Under the pieces are notes generated by a model, which was given only the letters and a program-made list of their open reading frames with translations, did not search any database and was not told the origin of the DNA. DNA of 57,763 bases from NCBI GenBank assembly GCA_003990765.1, contig RBNJ01000018.1, positions 1 to 57,763 of the forward strand. The letters run 5' to 3'. The position numbers and the translations under genes are program-made. This stretch comes from Jimgerdemannia flammicorona. Its lineage: Eukaryota. This document shows, piece by piece, positions 1 through 13,482 of this stretch; positions within the stretch are counted from its first letter, which is position 1, and every line of letters begins with the position of its first letter.

Positions 1-26
1 AAAAAAAAAAAAAAAAAAAAAAAAAA
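1..26 (+). repeat. poly(A) homopolymer at window start (probable contig end)
   Basis: 26 consecutive A; the window also ends in a poly(T) run at 57742-57763. Confidence 0.9.
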
Positions 27-622
27 TGAAGAAGCGAAATTAAAAGAACTAGATATAGAAAAGGTTGCAGATGCTAGATAAGGACAGAGTATGTAAGCTA
101 CGATACAATCGGTATAGGACGTTTGAATGAAAATTTATTCTTTGTTTTCCGATTTGGTTGAATCTGGATGCTACAAAAAAAAGGAGAAAAAAAAAAGTGA
201 ATGCTTTAAAGTAAAAAGGTCGATCGAGTTTGGTATATTGCAATGTCGAAAGTTATAAAGGCCACCTATCTATATGTTAATATCATCTCTCCTTTGGGAG
301 GGGCAAATAAAATCATTAGCGAAGGTGGGTATTACTGGCCTTTAGTTGACGTCGGAGAAAAATGTATCGATTGCGGGGTATTTCTTGAAATGAGAACCAT
401 ACTCACGTCCATTATTACTTGGTTACTTGCAAGTTGAATTCAACTTATGGGATCATGGAAATCTCAAATGAAACTGATTTATATATTCTTTATTATGGTA
501 GATTGACCCGGGAATCCCATCGCAAAAATTTTGTGTGTCGTGTTAATTTTTTATCTGTGTCCATTAACCCACTTCTAGGTTTGATTGTTATATTAACTTG
601 AATAATTATATTCGTTGATATT

Positions 623-952
623 ATGGAATCTCCTATTGCTCATCAGTCATATAGTGATGAAGTCGTGTTCCGAGCTTCCCGGGAAAGAAGAATGCCCGTA
701 GTGGATGCGATTGCTGATGTGTACTATTTTGTTATTTATGGTATGCAATACTTAATTCTTGCCCTTTCTATTACAAATTTAATGAGATTCCCAACTGTCA
801 AGCCCAATCACAGCTTGCGAAGTATCTTAAATGAGATCGTGTCTTTTCCGTATGATCCAAAAGCGAGAACAATAGGTAGATTTTCCCCAAAGCGTGAAAA
901 ACAAATGAAGGACATATTTTGTATAAAGATGTTGGAACAATATCAAAAGTAA
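623..952 (+). other. Possible host ORF or gene fragment of unknown function
   Basis: 109-aa ATG-initiated ORF in CpG-retaining, non-TE-like DNA; no recognisable motif. Confidence 0.2.
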
Positions 953-1162
953 GGCTTGCGTGTGGCCGATCTACGTTCATGGGAGAGGAAAAACCGTAAG
1001 ATATGGTTGAGCAACTTTTGCATGAATTAACGAGAAAATGGTTGGTAAAGTTAAAGGCCGTATATATTTGGAGCTGTGTCCCTGCGACTGCCATTGCGTA
1101 AACGGTTTCAACACCATTAGTCATTGTTTGTATATACGCCTAGGTGTCATGGAGAATATGTC

Positions 1163-1163
<1 letters not shown>

Positions 1164-1206
<43 letters not shown>

Positions 1207-1230
1207 TACATATATATATATATATATATT
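1164..1230 (+). repeat. poly(A) plus (TA)n microsatellite
   Basis: A-run 1164-1202 followed by TA repeats. Confidence 0.9.
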
Positions 1231-1429
1231 CCTTTGAAAATCCTTTTCAGTTCACCGGCCGCTCACTAATTTCTGGCATCTGTAATTGCCAAGACTCAAC
1301 AACCATGCATTGATGTCTTGAGAGCAAGAAAAATTTCCACAATTTGATTTGATATAATTGTTCTAACAGTGCAGATGGAAAGAAAATTGGCAATTAGTAA
1401 TGATTCTGAAATATGGTCATTAGTATATG

Positions 1430-1903
1430 TATAATAAACCTATATGCTAATAGAATTAATATATTGTGGATAATCAAGATTGACTATTGATCCTAAGTTC
1501 AGAGTTTTTGTGAGGAAGTGCTAAGTTCCAATTGCCTATTGTAGTGGTGTAGTTCAAGTATTACTTTCAGGTTCTTATGAAAGTATAATGCTTGTATCTC
1601 AAGTTGATAAGGCTTAGAATTATTAATAAGTTAGATCTGAGAGTTCTGTGATACATAAGAATATTACTTTATTCTTATAATTGAAGAAAGTGAAGCTGAG
1701 GTTATAACACACTCAGTATAGGGAATATTTATATAGATTCAAAGCTATGACTAAATATGATGCCCTAGATATATTTATATATAGTTATACTATATTCAGT
1801 AACTATAACTACTAGTTAAAAATTCTATAAGAATTTCTATAGGAATTTTTTATCAGAATTTCCATTGAAAATTCCAGTAACTTATATGTACCAATTTATT
1901 ATA
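1430..1903 (-). repeat. 3' LTR of family D element
   Basis: Aligns by eye to 16897-17372; adjacent tccttctcttc is a minus-strand PPT. Confidence 0.8.
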
Positions 1904-1914
1904 TCCTTCTCTTC

Positions 1915-2500
1915 TTTATCTGAATTGACTTATTGAATTTGGTACTAAACTCTAGATATTTCTCAAACTGAAGAATAGTATACTGAACTACTTAAAGACA
2001 ATATCACTCTATTGTTCATCACTCAAATTAGTAATGTTCTCAGAGAATACTTTATAGAGATAGTCAAGAACTTAGAGTCAGATATAGAAAAGAAAGTAAA
2101 GTCTTTTGATAATAATATAGATATAGTTATTAATAAAAAGGCAGACTTATTACTTAGTATTACTGAGAGTAGTTTGTTGATAGATGAGGCATCTGATTTT
2201 ATAGTACTTCTTTAGTTCTTATTAGTAATAGAAGACCTGGAAATATTGAATTCTTCTAAGATATTATTAGACTTTATTTGAGTCTGAGTCTCTAGAGATT
2301 TATATATTAATAGAGAGCAGTTTAGTAGAATTTCATTGATATTCAATAGCTATAAAGATAGTGGCAGTGATTTTGTTCTTGATTTATTCTTAGTATCTTT
2401 GCTGAGTACTTATATTGTAGTAGATTATTATACTTATCTTTATTAGGAGTATTCAAAAGTATAACTGTCTTTTGGAAATTCCATCAGAATTTCTATTATA
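1915..2500 (-). pseudogene. Accessory ORF of family D between chromodomain and PPT (homolog of the LTR-encoded ORFs of families A and B)
   Basis: One minus frame reads KNKITATIFIAI...ELKKYYKIRCLI...IIKRLYFLF...LDYLYKVFSENITNLSDEQ*SDIV, with stops explicable by C->T/G->A; start position approximate. Confidence 0.65.
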
Positions 2501-4515
2501 TCAGATATCTATATCAGATTACTGCTTCTTTTATATTTAACAAAAGGTTATCTTCTTTTTCTCAAATATGTAGTATTATACTCAGGGTATTCTTTCTATT
2601 TCACAAGATAGTACTAGGTGAGTTTGGCAGCTTATTCAAATTATTAGTCTTTATAATCTAAAATATAATTAACTTTATATTTCAGTTCTTGGTAATGATA
2701 ATTAGATCTAAGAGTGATACTATTCTTTCTTTAAAAGTATTTTTAGTATATAGCTAGAGTTAAGATATATGAAACACTGGGTGGATTTTTTTTAAAGTTG
2801 CTGAGAGGTCTAACTTATATATAATAGACTCATACTTCTCTAAGATTTTGAATGGTTTAATGTAGTAAGGTCTGAGTTTCTTCTTTAGTTTTATATTATC
2901 TAGAGTTATATATTATATACTAAGTAATACCTATTCACCTTTTTTATAAGTAACTTCTCTTTTATTTTTATCAGTATATACTACTTGTATTCTTTATACT
3001 TCTATGAGAGTATTATATACTTACTGATAATATCTTATATGATATCAGCAACTTCTTATATTACTAATATTATTATTTATATGACAGTTATAGAAGTTTG
3101 AAGATATTGTTTATAGTTCAGATAAAATAAAGTTATTTTAATACTTGTACTTATACTATTATTATATGCAAATTTGGCTTGAGTCAGTTTTTTATCTCAA
3201 TTATTCTGCTTGTAGCTATAGTAGATACTAAGTATCTGTTTTAGAGTTTGATTAGTTTATTCTATTTAGCTATCTGTCTGTAAGTGATAGATAGTAGATA
3301 TCTTGAGTTATACTTCTAGTTCTTTAAAAAGTGCTTATCAGAAGTTACTTGTAAATTTCACATCTCTATTAGAGATAATTACTAATAGTAATCTATAAAG
3401 ACTAAATACATTGTCAATAAACAATTATTCTATTTCTAGAGTATTATAGTAGTGGTTATTGTAACAAAATAAGTCTGCTTGCTGAGATAATTGATAAAGA
3501 TAATAATTACATCTCTTCTCTTCTCTATTTTTAATAGTTGAATAATAAAGTCCATTCTGATGTAGTCTTAATTTTGGATGAGAATTAGTAGTAGCTATAG
3601 TATTCTAGCTAGAGCTTGGTTGTTAGGCTTGTATCTTTGACAAAAATTATAAGATATAATATAGTTCTTAATGTCTGGGTTGGTAGAAATCTTAAGTAAT
3701 ACATTGATATATCTTGTCAAATTCTATATAACTGACTATAGATATATCATATAATTCTTATAGAATTTATAGGCAGATATTGGTATCAGGAACTCAAATT
3801 CTTGAATTCTCAAGATATATATATTCATTTTGAATAGAAATATTCTTGTATATCTTCTTTATAATATTATTTCCTTTTTTAAGAATTTGCTTGGTAATTT
3901 TTTATATATTGGTATTCTTGGAGTACTCCTTCTTAACTTCTTCAAATAGACTAATAGTAATGTTGATAATTACTATAAGATTACTCTTCTGAGTACTTCA
4001 GGAAAGTACATTAGTTATATTATTCTTGATACTAGTAATGTGCTTGATTTTAATATCAAAGGATACAAGAATCTATATTCATCATGCTTGTCTTTCTATG
4101 AGAATTGATTTTGTCTAAATATATCACAAAGCTTGATGGTCTGTCTATAAGATAAATTTCTTACTGAGGAGAAAATATCTCTATGATTGTAGAGATTAGA
4201 TAATAGCAAGGAGTTCTTTATCTTATATTATATAGTTCTTTTCATACCCATTCTGCTTCTGGAATAGATATGTAACTAGGTGTTCATACTAAGTCAATAT
4301 ACTTCTAATAACAATATTTGAGATATCTATAATAATAGTAAAGGGTCATATAGAGTCTGGACTAATTAGGATTAATATATCAGTCAGTATTTTCTTAAAG
4401 ATATTCATTGCTATAGTGTATTCTTCTGTCTATTATTTTTAATATTAGTACTCTTCTTATAAAGACTTATAAGTAGAGAGGCAATTGCTGAGAATCCTTA
4501 AATAAATCTTCAATA
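2500..4515 (-). pseudogene. pol: Family D pol C-terminal part: RT end, RNase H, integrase, chromodomain
   Basis: Decayed GFSAIAS (RT thumb), RNase H ELLAI-type motif ~4200, integrase core 3150-3550, YKVNYILD...YYLVK*KEY chromodomain ~2520-2690. Confidence 0.8.
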
Positions 4516-7500
4516 GAGTTGCCATCCCAACACTCTTGCTCAATAAGATATATATATATATAAAATATGAAATGTATCAAAAAAAAGGAATTGCAATCTG
4601 TAATAAAATGCAAACTAAAATAAAAAGTAATATATAATACATGTAAAAACTAGAACTACATGTAATCCAGAATTATATCTAGGAATTTTCATGGGTCAAA
4701 AAGTGTTCTGAAATATCCAAAATATTTATAGAAATGCAATATAATGTTATCTGCTCATAGATGAGGGATGTAATCAATATATGTAGATATATATACAGTA
4801 TGAGAGGCTTTTAACAGCCTGAAAAATAAATAAATTAATAAATAAATCCTGTAATTAATTGGAAAGATTTATTTCTTTAGTATACTGCTTGAACTTTAGC
4901 TTTGGAAGAGCTTTAGTAAGTAAATCAGTAGTCATATACTTCATAGAGATGTATTTTAGATATATGGTGCCATTTTTTATGTATTTGTAAATGAAATAGT
5001 ACTATATATCAATATGTTTCATTCTGCTATAATGTATTGAGTTCTTAGTAAGTACTATTATCAATTGATTGTCTTGCTTAATTAGTATAGGATTTTATTC
5101 CTGAGTAAAGCCAAGTTCCTTTAATAGCTTGTGGAGCTAAATAGCTTTCTTTGTTATCAATAATAATGTCTAGTACTCTGCCTGTATTGAGGATATTGCT
5201 ACAGAAATCTACTTATATATTTGCCATAAAATGATGAATCCTTGATCACTAATATAGAAGAGGTACCTAGTTATAGATTGATGGTCATCTAAGTCTCTGC
5301 CCTAATCAGTATCACAAGTACTAGATAGCCAGATATTGTTGCTCTCACTTAATCTAATATTATTACTCAATATGAGCATATAGTATACTGATCTCTTTAA
5401 GTATCAGAAAATCCTCTTAACAGTGCTCTAGTGTAAATTATCATAGTAGGAGGAGTATTGTGCCACCTTATTCACAGTATAGAATATATCAGGTCTTATT
5501 CCTAGTATGAGATATATGAGAGAACCAACTGCTTGCCAATAGGGAATATCTTTAACACTATTCTTAGTGAGTTCATTATTGTTATCTTTCTTAAGCATAT
5601 TGTTGGGCTTTCTTAATTTTATAGAAGTATCCATAGGAGTGCTAACTGGCTTATATTTACTCATATTGAAGCATTTGAGGACAGCTTTTGTATATGTCAC
5701 TTATGAGAAGTGTATGTCATATATAATCCTGTTATGTATAATTGATATTCCCAAAAGAAAGGATGTGTCACCCATGTTGATCATCTTGAATTCTCAGTAT
5801 AGAGTCTTCTTTACTCTGTTAAGCCTATTCTTACTAGCTATGATAATGATATTATCAACCTAAATGCTAATAAATGCTATACCATTATTATAATACTAAA
5901 TGTATATACAATTATCTACTTCACAATACTTGAATCCATTGTCAAGGAAGTGTTTATCAATCCTTTTATTCCATAGGCATGCTGCTTGCTTAATGCCATA
6001 TAATCCTTTATATAGTTTGCATATAAGCTTACCATTCTGGTTGTTATATAGTTTATATCCTTATGGTTGATAAACATATAGTTTAGTATCTATGTCATTA
6101 TTCAGAAAGGCTATCTTAATGTTCATCTGATGAATTTCTAAATTATATAATATACTGATCACAAGTAGTATTCTAAGTAAAGTAAGCTTAAATACTGGTG
6201 AGAATATTTCATTATAATCAATACTATAATCTTATAAGTAACTCTTAGCAATAAAGCAAGTTTTATACCACTCTATATCACTATTAGTATTGTACTTTAT
6301 CCTATATACCCATCTTGATCTAATCACTTAATGGTTTGGTAGAAGAGATACTAGATCCCACATGCTATTCTCAATGAGTGAATCATATTCCTCATCTATT
6401 ACTTGTTTCTATTTCTTACTATCAGAATTAGTTATAGCTTCATTATATATACTTGGCTCATCAGAAGATATTATGATATATATACATTTATATGCTTCAG
6501 TATAGCTCACATGATCTTTATATTATTGCTATTGTTTAGGGCTTGCTGGTACATCCTAATAGTTTCCTAAATCAGAATGAGTTTTTTTTGGCAAATGTTG
6601 GAGTGCTTTTGCTTTTATTTACTCTTTGTAGAGAATTCTTCATTATTGGAGAATTTGCTGTCATCTTAATCTTTGATCTCTATTATTCTTGGCTTAGGCT
6701 CAGATATATATAATGATTGAAAATAATTTTGATTGACTGCTGGAGAGATGGATGATAGATACTGATTGCTATATTTGTACTGACTGAGATATAGATGTAG
6801 AGAGTTTGACTGGTACTTTCATGCAGATCTCTAAGTCTTTTTCTCTAAACTATATATTATGTAAGATAACTATATGCTACTTACATGGATTCCATAGCTG
6901 ATATGCTTTGCTGGAATATCTAAGAAATATATGTTTACTCACCTTAAGTTTGAATTTATCCCAGATAGCATTGCTTTTGTCAAGGACATATATATCACAT
7001 CCAAATATATATAGATGGAATATATCTGACTTTATTCTACTCCATAATTCTTCAGAAGTGAGATTGTTATCCTTATGCTTATTATTGTTGTTACCAGCTT
7101 CCTTGCTTAGTAATTGAGATATATATCTGTTGTAGATATATACCACTGTATTGATGACTTTGGCCTAATAGGAATATCCTAATCTAGCAGTATTGATCAT
7201 CATATATGCTATTTCTATGGCTGTATAGTTAAATCACTTGGCTATTCCATTCTGCTGAGGTGTATAGAGAGCTGTCATTTAATGGGTTATATTATATTTC
7301 ATCAGAAACTGCTTGAATACATTATTGATATATTTATATCTATTGTCTGATCATATAGTATGTATTCTATATTCTGTCTCATTCTTGGTAATTGCTTTAA
7401 ATTCTTTAAATTTATTCAAGGCTTTGCTCTTTGCTGATAGAAAGTATACATATATTTTACATATATGATTATTAATAAATATGAGAAAATATCTCTTGCT

Positions 7501-7977
7501 GAAATATAATAATATATATATTGGGCTGCAAATATCCATATGCATGAGATCAAGAGTCTCAGATATACACTTTAATCATTCTTTAAATAATCACTAGAAT
7601 GCTTTGTTTGCTATGTAATCCTTATAGAAACTGTTATATAGATGTACTGTCAGTAATCTCCTGACAGATTTACTCCTTATTATCTATTCAAAGCTCATCT
7701 TACTGATATGTCCTAAGTATTGATGCTATGTATTAGATGTATTAGGCATAGTTGTCACATATGCAGTGGCTTTTATGCTACTTGGCATACTATTGATCAT
7801 ATAAAGATTGCCACATTTCAAGGCTATCATTAATCTCTTATTGTCACATAAATCATATACTATTGTACCTTTTGAATATATATATATCTCTTTATTACCA
7901 TGGGTCATCATTTTGCCTATAGAGAAGAGGTTCTTTCCTATCTCTGGAGCATATAGTATGTCTGCAAGAGTAGTGGT

Positions 7978-8478
7978 TAGTGCTCCGAACGAGTCAATCC
8001 GGATGGGATTCGGATGGATTCAAATTGGATTCGAATCAGATTCGAATCGGATTCGAATCAAATCGGATTACATGTTGCCGAGATATTAAGGAAAACGTTC
8101 CATTTGACGAAATTTCCAAAATCGGCAAATCAAAGAATTTCCAAAATCGGCGATTCAGACGTTTGCCTTCATAACTCAGCAACGCATGATCCGATTTCAA
8201 TGTTCTTGGTATCATTAGATAGGCCTTATTAAGGGCTTTCAAATGACACCAAGAACATCAAATTTGGATGATTATTCATCAAGTTATTGATGTAAACATT
8301 TAATTGTCTAATTTGGAAATCAAAACAATGGTTGATTCGAATCCGATTCGAATCCGATTCGAATCCGATTCGAATCCATCCGGATGGGATTCGAATCCCA
8401 TCCGAGTTGATCCGGATGGGATTCAATCCGAATCAATCCGAATCCAATCCGGATTAAATTGACTTGTTAGGAGCACTA
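7978..8478. mobile_element. hAT-type MITE (501 bp)
   Basis: TIRs TAGTGCTCCGAACGAGTCAAT / ATTGACTTGTTAGGAGCACTA; perfect 8-bp TSD GTAGTGGT (7970-7977, 8479-8486); arrays of palindromic GATTCGAATC subterminal repeats; CpG retained. Confidence 0.93.
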
Positions 8479-9423
8479 GTAGTGGTGGACTCAATGATAT
8501 TTCTGTAGAGATGTATTATGCTGAAATTTCCCTTTCCTTGAGTATAGATAATATTATTATCTCCCAACTTGATAGGTATAGGGTGTTCAAACAGTTGATA
8601 TATAGAGAACTATTCTCAATATGGTATCATATGTTGTGTGGCTCTAGAATCCATTAATTAGATATTGTTATTATTAGCTATATTGATATATTTGTCAGAT
8701 ATATGATTGGTGTTTTTTCTATCCACATTGCTGGTAGTACTGACATTATTACTACTTTTTGTCAGCCCAAAAGTGTTTCACTAACTGACATTTATAGATG
8801 AAAAGTTGGTGGATTTGGCAGTCAAACTACTCATAGATATCAATCTCATACTAGTAGAGCTGGCAGAACTGGTACTATCAGAATTAGTAGTAGATTTGAT
8901 AGGATTTTTTGATTCAAAATTATCATCCTTGTCAGGCTTCATAGATGTGGAAACTGTAGAACTTGTGGAACTAGTAGCTTGTGCAAAAAATAGATTACTG
9001 CTTTCATTAGTTATTGTAGCAGTATTTGCATTACTATACTAACTTCTGCTGTTTCTATGATAGTTCTTTCCACCATTCCCATATTGCCTATACTGGTTTC
9101 TATACTTATTTTCATTTTCCCAGTAATAACATTGGTGTTTCCTATATCTATACTTACTACAGTATTCATAGTAGCCATCATACTTAGTTGATTGACTGTC
9201 ACATTGTTGAGCTTAGGTTTGGGGTCATTGGCCTTGTTGTTGATTATGCTTTTGATCTTGTTTAGCATTATGTTCATAGAACTCATAAAATGCTCTTTCA
9301 TTGTCATAGTCTTCAGTACTATTTCCTTGGTATATTTTCTTATTTGTGAGGCTCATTATCACATAGGTATAGTCTGTGAGAGTACTGCTCTTATATATGG
9401 TTGTGATGATAATATTATATATA

Positions 9424-10627
9424 CACATGCTCCTTTCTCCACTACCTTACCAGTCATAAGGTTTGGTAGGTGACCTTCTGAGTCCCCTTTCCCCTATTAT
9501 TACCCCCTCTACCTCAGATTGGTTTGCTGTGCCTGCAGGGGCATAGTGGGAGGAGGGCGATGGTGATGAGTTGCCCCTTTATCGGTATCGGATCAGTGCT
9601 TCCTCCACTTTTTCGCGGATTCTGGTACCTTCAGCTGCATCTGGGGTGTGCCCGTTTTGGTGCGGCACCTTCTTCCTTTTGCCATCGCCAACAAGGAGTT
9701 GTCTCGGTATGTCTCAGGCTACATAGGGAGTCAGCCAACCTTGGGCGTCAAGTGCTCAGTGTAGGTTACCTACAGGTCCTCGGTGCCTGTGGTGGGGCCC
9801 TCTGGCTTTGGCGAGCTTCCTGGCGAGCGTGGTTCTGGCATAGGTGACTGCTTTTCAGGTGTTGTCGGGATGGGAGGGGAGATGGCTGTCACAGATAGGA
9901 GGAAGGGCAATAACGGTGAACCAGTAGGGTGCTAGGCTGGGGGCGGTCATCAGGGCTGGGGCGGGTACTGCTTCGGTGGGGCCTTTTGATTGGTATGGCA
10001 TGGTTAGGTAGTAGGTGTCACTCTCGGCTTCTTTGGGCGATTCGTGGGGTTGGGCCCCAGTCATCTGGGGGGATCGGGGGGCCCAAGGCTACCCATTTCA
10101 AGTGTCTTGGCTGCACTCAACTAGAACCAGGAGCTGATATAGCAACATGATTGAGGCCTGCAGGCTTGAGTAGTGGGGTATTGGGGGTCTCCTCCCACCT
10201 CATGTGTAAGTCCTCTACTCATCTCGACTGGGAGAACCAGGCCCTACCCACCATGTTGTGCTTTGATGAGGGTTTTTTCTTTGCCTGTCATTCTCTTTGG
10301 AGTGGCAGGGGCTATTCTATTCGGCTTGGGCATGGCCTTGTACATACATTGGGTTCTCAGGCATGTGCTTTCGGTTGTTGGCATATGGCTGAGTTTCCTC
10401 TGGTGGTAGAGAGAGCATGGTGTGTAGAATGAGGTGTGGGCTACTTTGCCCTGCTGTACCTGGCATGGTCGAGCTGCTGGACAATAGCTAGCCTAGGTTA
10501 ATGGGGGGGTAGTGCTTGATGGGTGGTGGGGGAGGGTTTTGGCCTATATAGTCTAGGTTCCCTTCCAATAAAAATCCACAGAACATAGAGTCCATTAAAC
10601 AAAAAAAAAAAAAAAAAAAAAAAAAAA
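9424..10627 (+). mobile_element. Poly(A)-tailed retroposed insertion (non-LTR/TPRT product) inside Copia gag
   Basis: GC-rich 1.2 kb ending AATAAA(10567)...poly(A) ~10600-10627. Flanked by the duplication AATATTATATATA (9411-9423, 10629-10641). The gag frame (YNIV / YNII) resumes on both sides. Confidence 0.75.
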
Positions 10628-11244
10628 CAATATTATATATATCCAGAAGTCTGCTTGTGAGTGCTATAACCTTATATTTATTATCAATGAAATTCATAGA
10701 TATATTGAGGGAATTCACTTGATTCACTAGATTATTGACATAACTAATATATTCATGGATACTCTTCTTGAGTTTTATTTAAAAATTAAATAGCTGAGAT
10801 TTCAGATGGAATCTATTCAATATAGATGCTTGTACATAATAATTACATTGGGCTTCCCATACCTTATTGGCTATGTCTGCATGTATTATGAGCTTTATTT
10901 GTGAGTTTGACAATGTGAATACAATCTCACATAGTGCTCAGTGATCATTTGCAAGTCATAGTCTTGAATCTGCACTTGTGACTTCATATACTCCACTAAG
11001 CCACATTTGTTAAGGAGATTTGTCATATGGAATATCCAGATAGCATAATCTTTCCCATCAAAGATTAGGATGAACCTCTTGGCTGTATTTACACTTACAA
11101 TAAAGACTGCTCTCATTGCTGGAATACTTATAGTTGGCATATCCATATTGCTTATATTACTAGATTGGCCAACTATCATTTCTAGTATATATTGTATAGT
11201 ATATATTTATAAGATATATATGCTATAGCTGCTTAATACTAGTA

Positions 11245-11257
11245 GGGCTCATAATCT
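11245..11257 (-). promoter_or_regulatory. Copia-type primer binding site (AGATTATGAGCCC, cf. GGTTATGGGCCC)
   Basis: Immediately internal to the LTR at 11259; matches the half-tRNA-iMet PBS typical of Drosophila copia-like elements. Confidence 0.75.
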
Positions 11258-11258
11258 T

Positions 11259-11383
11259 TATTGGAAAGAGGAGTGCTTTTATTGAGTTTATGTAAGATAT
11301 ATATTTCATACATTATTGATAGATGATGTAAAACTGATAAAATCACTAATCATATGTTGATATATTGAGTTACTATCTCAACA
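11259..11383 (-). repeat. 5' LTR of the Copia element
   Basis: TATTGG...CTCAACA termini; last 17 bp repeated at 4516-4532 next to a decayed PPT. Confidence 0.75.
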
Positions 11384-11904
11384 CTTCAGAATAGACTAGT
11401 TATAGATTGCTTTAGCCTTTTTGGAGTCAATAGTAATGCTATTTGCTAAGATAATATAATCTAGATATTTAATTTCCTTCTTGAAAAAGTGATTTTTCTT
11501 CTTTTTATTAAGAGCTTATATCCTCAGAGTATCTCAAAAACCATTTGTAGATATTGTTAGTAGATAGTACTACTTGTACTATATACTAGAATATTATCTA
11601 AGTATACTAGAATGAATACTCTAAGATATTTTTGAAATATATCATTCATTAGTATCTAAAAGATTACTGATATATTAGTAAGTCTAAAAGGTATTATATA
11701 GAATTTGTAATATCTAAATCTTATTCAAAATAATGTCTTTGAAATGTCTTCTTTCTTGATGTGGATTTGGTGATATTTAGATATAAGATTAATAAGTAAA
11801 AATATCTTAGCATTATATACTTAATTGAGTAGTTTATTAATTTATAAGAATATATATTAGTTCTTGACAGATATCTTATTAAGTACTTAGTAATCAATAT
11901 ATAT
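11384..11904 (-). pseudogene. pol: Family D reverse transcriptase core fragment
   Basis: Decayed YLDNILVY (YxDD) ~11590-11610; homologous to 33040-33870. Confidence 0.8.
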
Positions 11905-13482
11905 TATCATGTAGTAGTCACTGAGTCCTTCAAATATGCCAGATTCTCTTCAAGGTGTATCTCTTAGACTAACTCAAGTTTGTTATAAGCAAGTTCTTAT
12001 TGAAGTGTCTTCTCAAGATCTTATAGTCCTCAAACTTCTTATCTTTAAACTGTCTTGTTATCTCTTAGATTACTTACAAGGGATTATATATATTGTATTA
12101 AGAGGAACTGACTTTATTTCAGAAGAAATAAGAGGGGTATTTATATAAAATATAATTCAATGGTTGCTAAGATATAAAGCTAAATATAAATTCCAATAAC
12201 TAAAATAAAATACCAGGACAGGGAAAACTACTAAGTTCCAGTGTCAGTACTAATGGTTGCACAGGTTCATGATACTGGTATAATTTCAGTGATATAGGAA
12301 AATAGTACTGGAATAATTCTGAGTCACCTCAGAATGCTAGTGGTGAAACAGCTGTTATATAGAAAAAGAGTGCTGGCATTATTCAGTGTAACCAAGAGAC
12401 TTAGAGCAGAATATTCAAGATCATAGGGGCTTCATCCTCATCAGAGGTCAGGATGTCTTCAAAGGAGATGAGGTCTGCGAATGTCTCATCTGTCTTATCA
12501 TTATCATCATATAGGTCATGCATTTCATATATGTTACACAGGATGATATCATTGCTGATGATGGTATCATGTTTGGTGGCAGTGGGAACAAGGAGGTCTG
12601 GAGCTCTCCAGTTTATGAAATTCTCTTCCATGAAATAGGGGACAAATGTGGGGTCTTGGAGAGGCCTAATCTAGATACTTGGGCCTTGGAATACCAAGAT
12701 CAATCCTTACAGGAATTGGTCTGGGTTGTCCTGGAGGATGGGATGCCAGAAGTCTTCTACTTCATCACTATTGAGAGTAATAGTGAACTGGGCTTCTGTA
12801 GCCACTCTGGCTTCTAGTACATTGATATGGCAGGCTAACAGATCTCTGAAATCTGAGACTCTAACATACTCTAAGTTGGAGATTGACTATGGTGCATGCC
12901 TGAAGATCTGATGGATCTTCTTAGCTGTCCTTGCTTCACATATATCCATGAGAGTGGTATCTTGTAACTCTTGGGGGCTGGTCTGTAGGAACTCCTAGCA
13001 GAGGAGATTTCCTATCTCATACTCCTGCCACATTTGGAGGTATTCAGTAGCAATGGTGATCCTTGTTTCCATTTCACAGCAGTAGAGGATATGATGATAA
13101 GAGTCACCAGTATCCAGGTTGACACTAGGAGTCCTTTTTGAGTGAGTCCTCATGGCTCTTCTGATGTCTTAGAATATTCTTTCTTTAACTGAGGTGTCTT
13201 GGTGATTCCTTGACCTTGAGGTTTGGTGGGCAGCAGGCATTTTGTTTGTGATAAGTCTTTGAGCTATTTTGGAGTTGGTGGGTCTTATTGGTTGCTGCTA
13301 CTGTAGTTTCTTGATCCTTCTTTTATATTCCTCAAGATACCCATACTGTGGTCACAATGACTCACAGTTGGTCATAATTGCTCATCTTTTATACTATATG
13401 ATCTTCTTGTGCTCTGATCTGGTGACTTACAAGAAAAGGCTGTCTTCTGTACTGATGTCATCATTCTGGGGTCACTATTACA
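11905..13482 (-). mobile_element. Solo LTR of family A (copy A1) containing the accessory ORF
   Basis: Full-length match to 38188-39763; TGTAAT...ATGATA termini on minus; 4-bp TSD ATAT (11901-11904, 13483-13486); decayed ORF 13464->12401. Confidence 0.92.

Larger units (their letters stand above)
4516..11383 (-). mobile_element. Decayed Ty1/Copia LTR retrotransposon inserted in RT of D1
   Basis: Order gag-PR-IN-RT-RH. Motifs: FDGKDYAIW (gag ~11060), CxxC knuckle ~9130-9180, MDSRATQHM (PR ~8640), HMDICSP (IN), YWQAVGSLIYL..IRPDI (RT), LTKAL (RH end). 125-bp LTR at 11259-11383; only 17 bp of the other LTR survive at 4516-4532. Confidence 0.9.

Noticed and set aside
1038-1313. Poly-Lys ORF (also poly-Phe ORFs at 10488-10727 and 20780-21064)
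   Set aside because: Produced by homopolymer runs.
2012-2215. Plus-strand 67-aa ORF and the many other hydrophobic antisense ORFs over TE sequence
   Set aside because: They are shadow frames opposite decayed coding strands; C->T decay creates stops on the coding strand but leaves these open.
7980-8426. Short ORFs with repeated GFESDSNRIRI
   Set aside because: Translation artefacts of palindromic MITE subterminal repeats.
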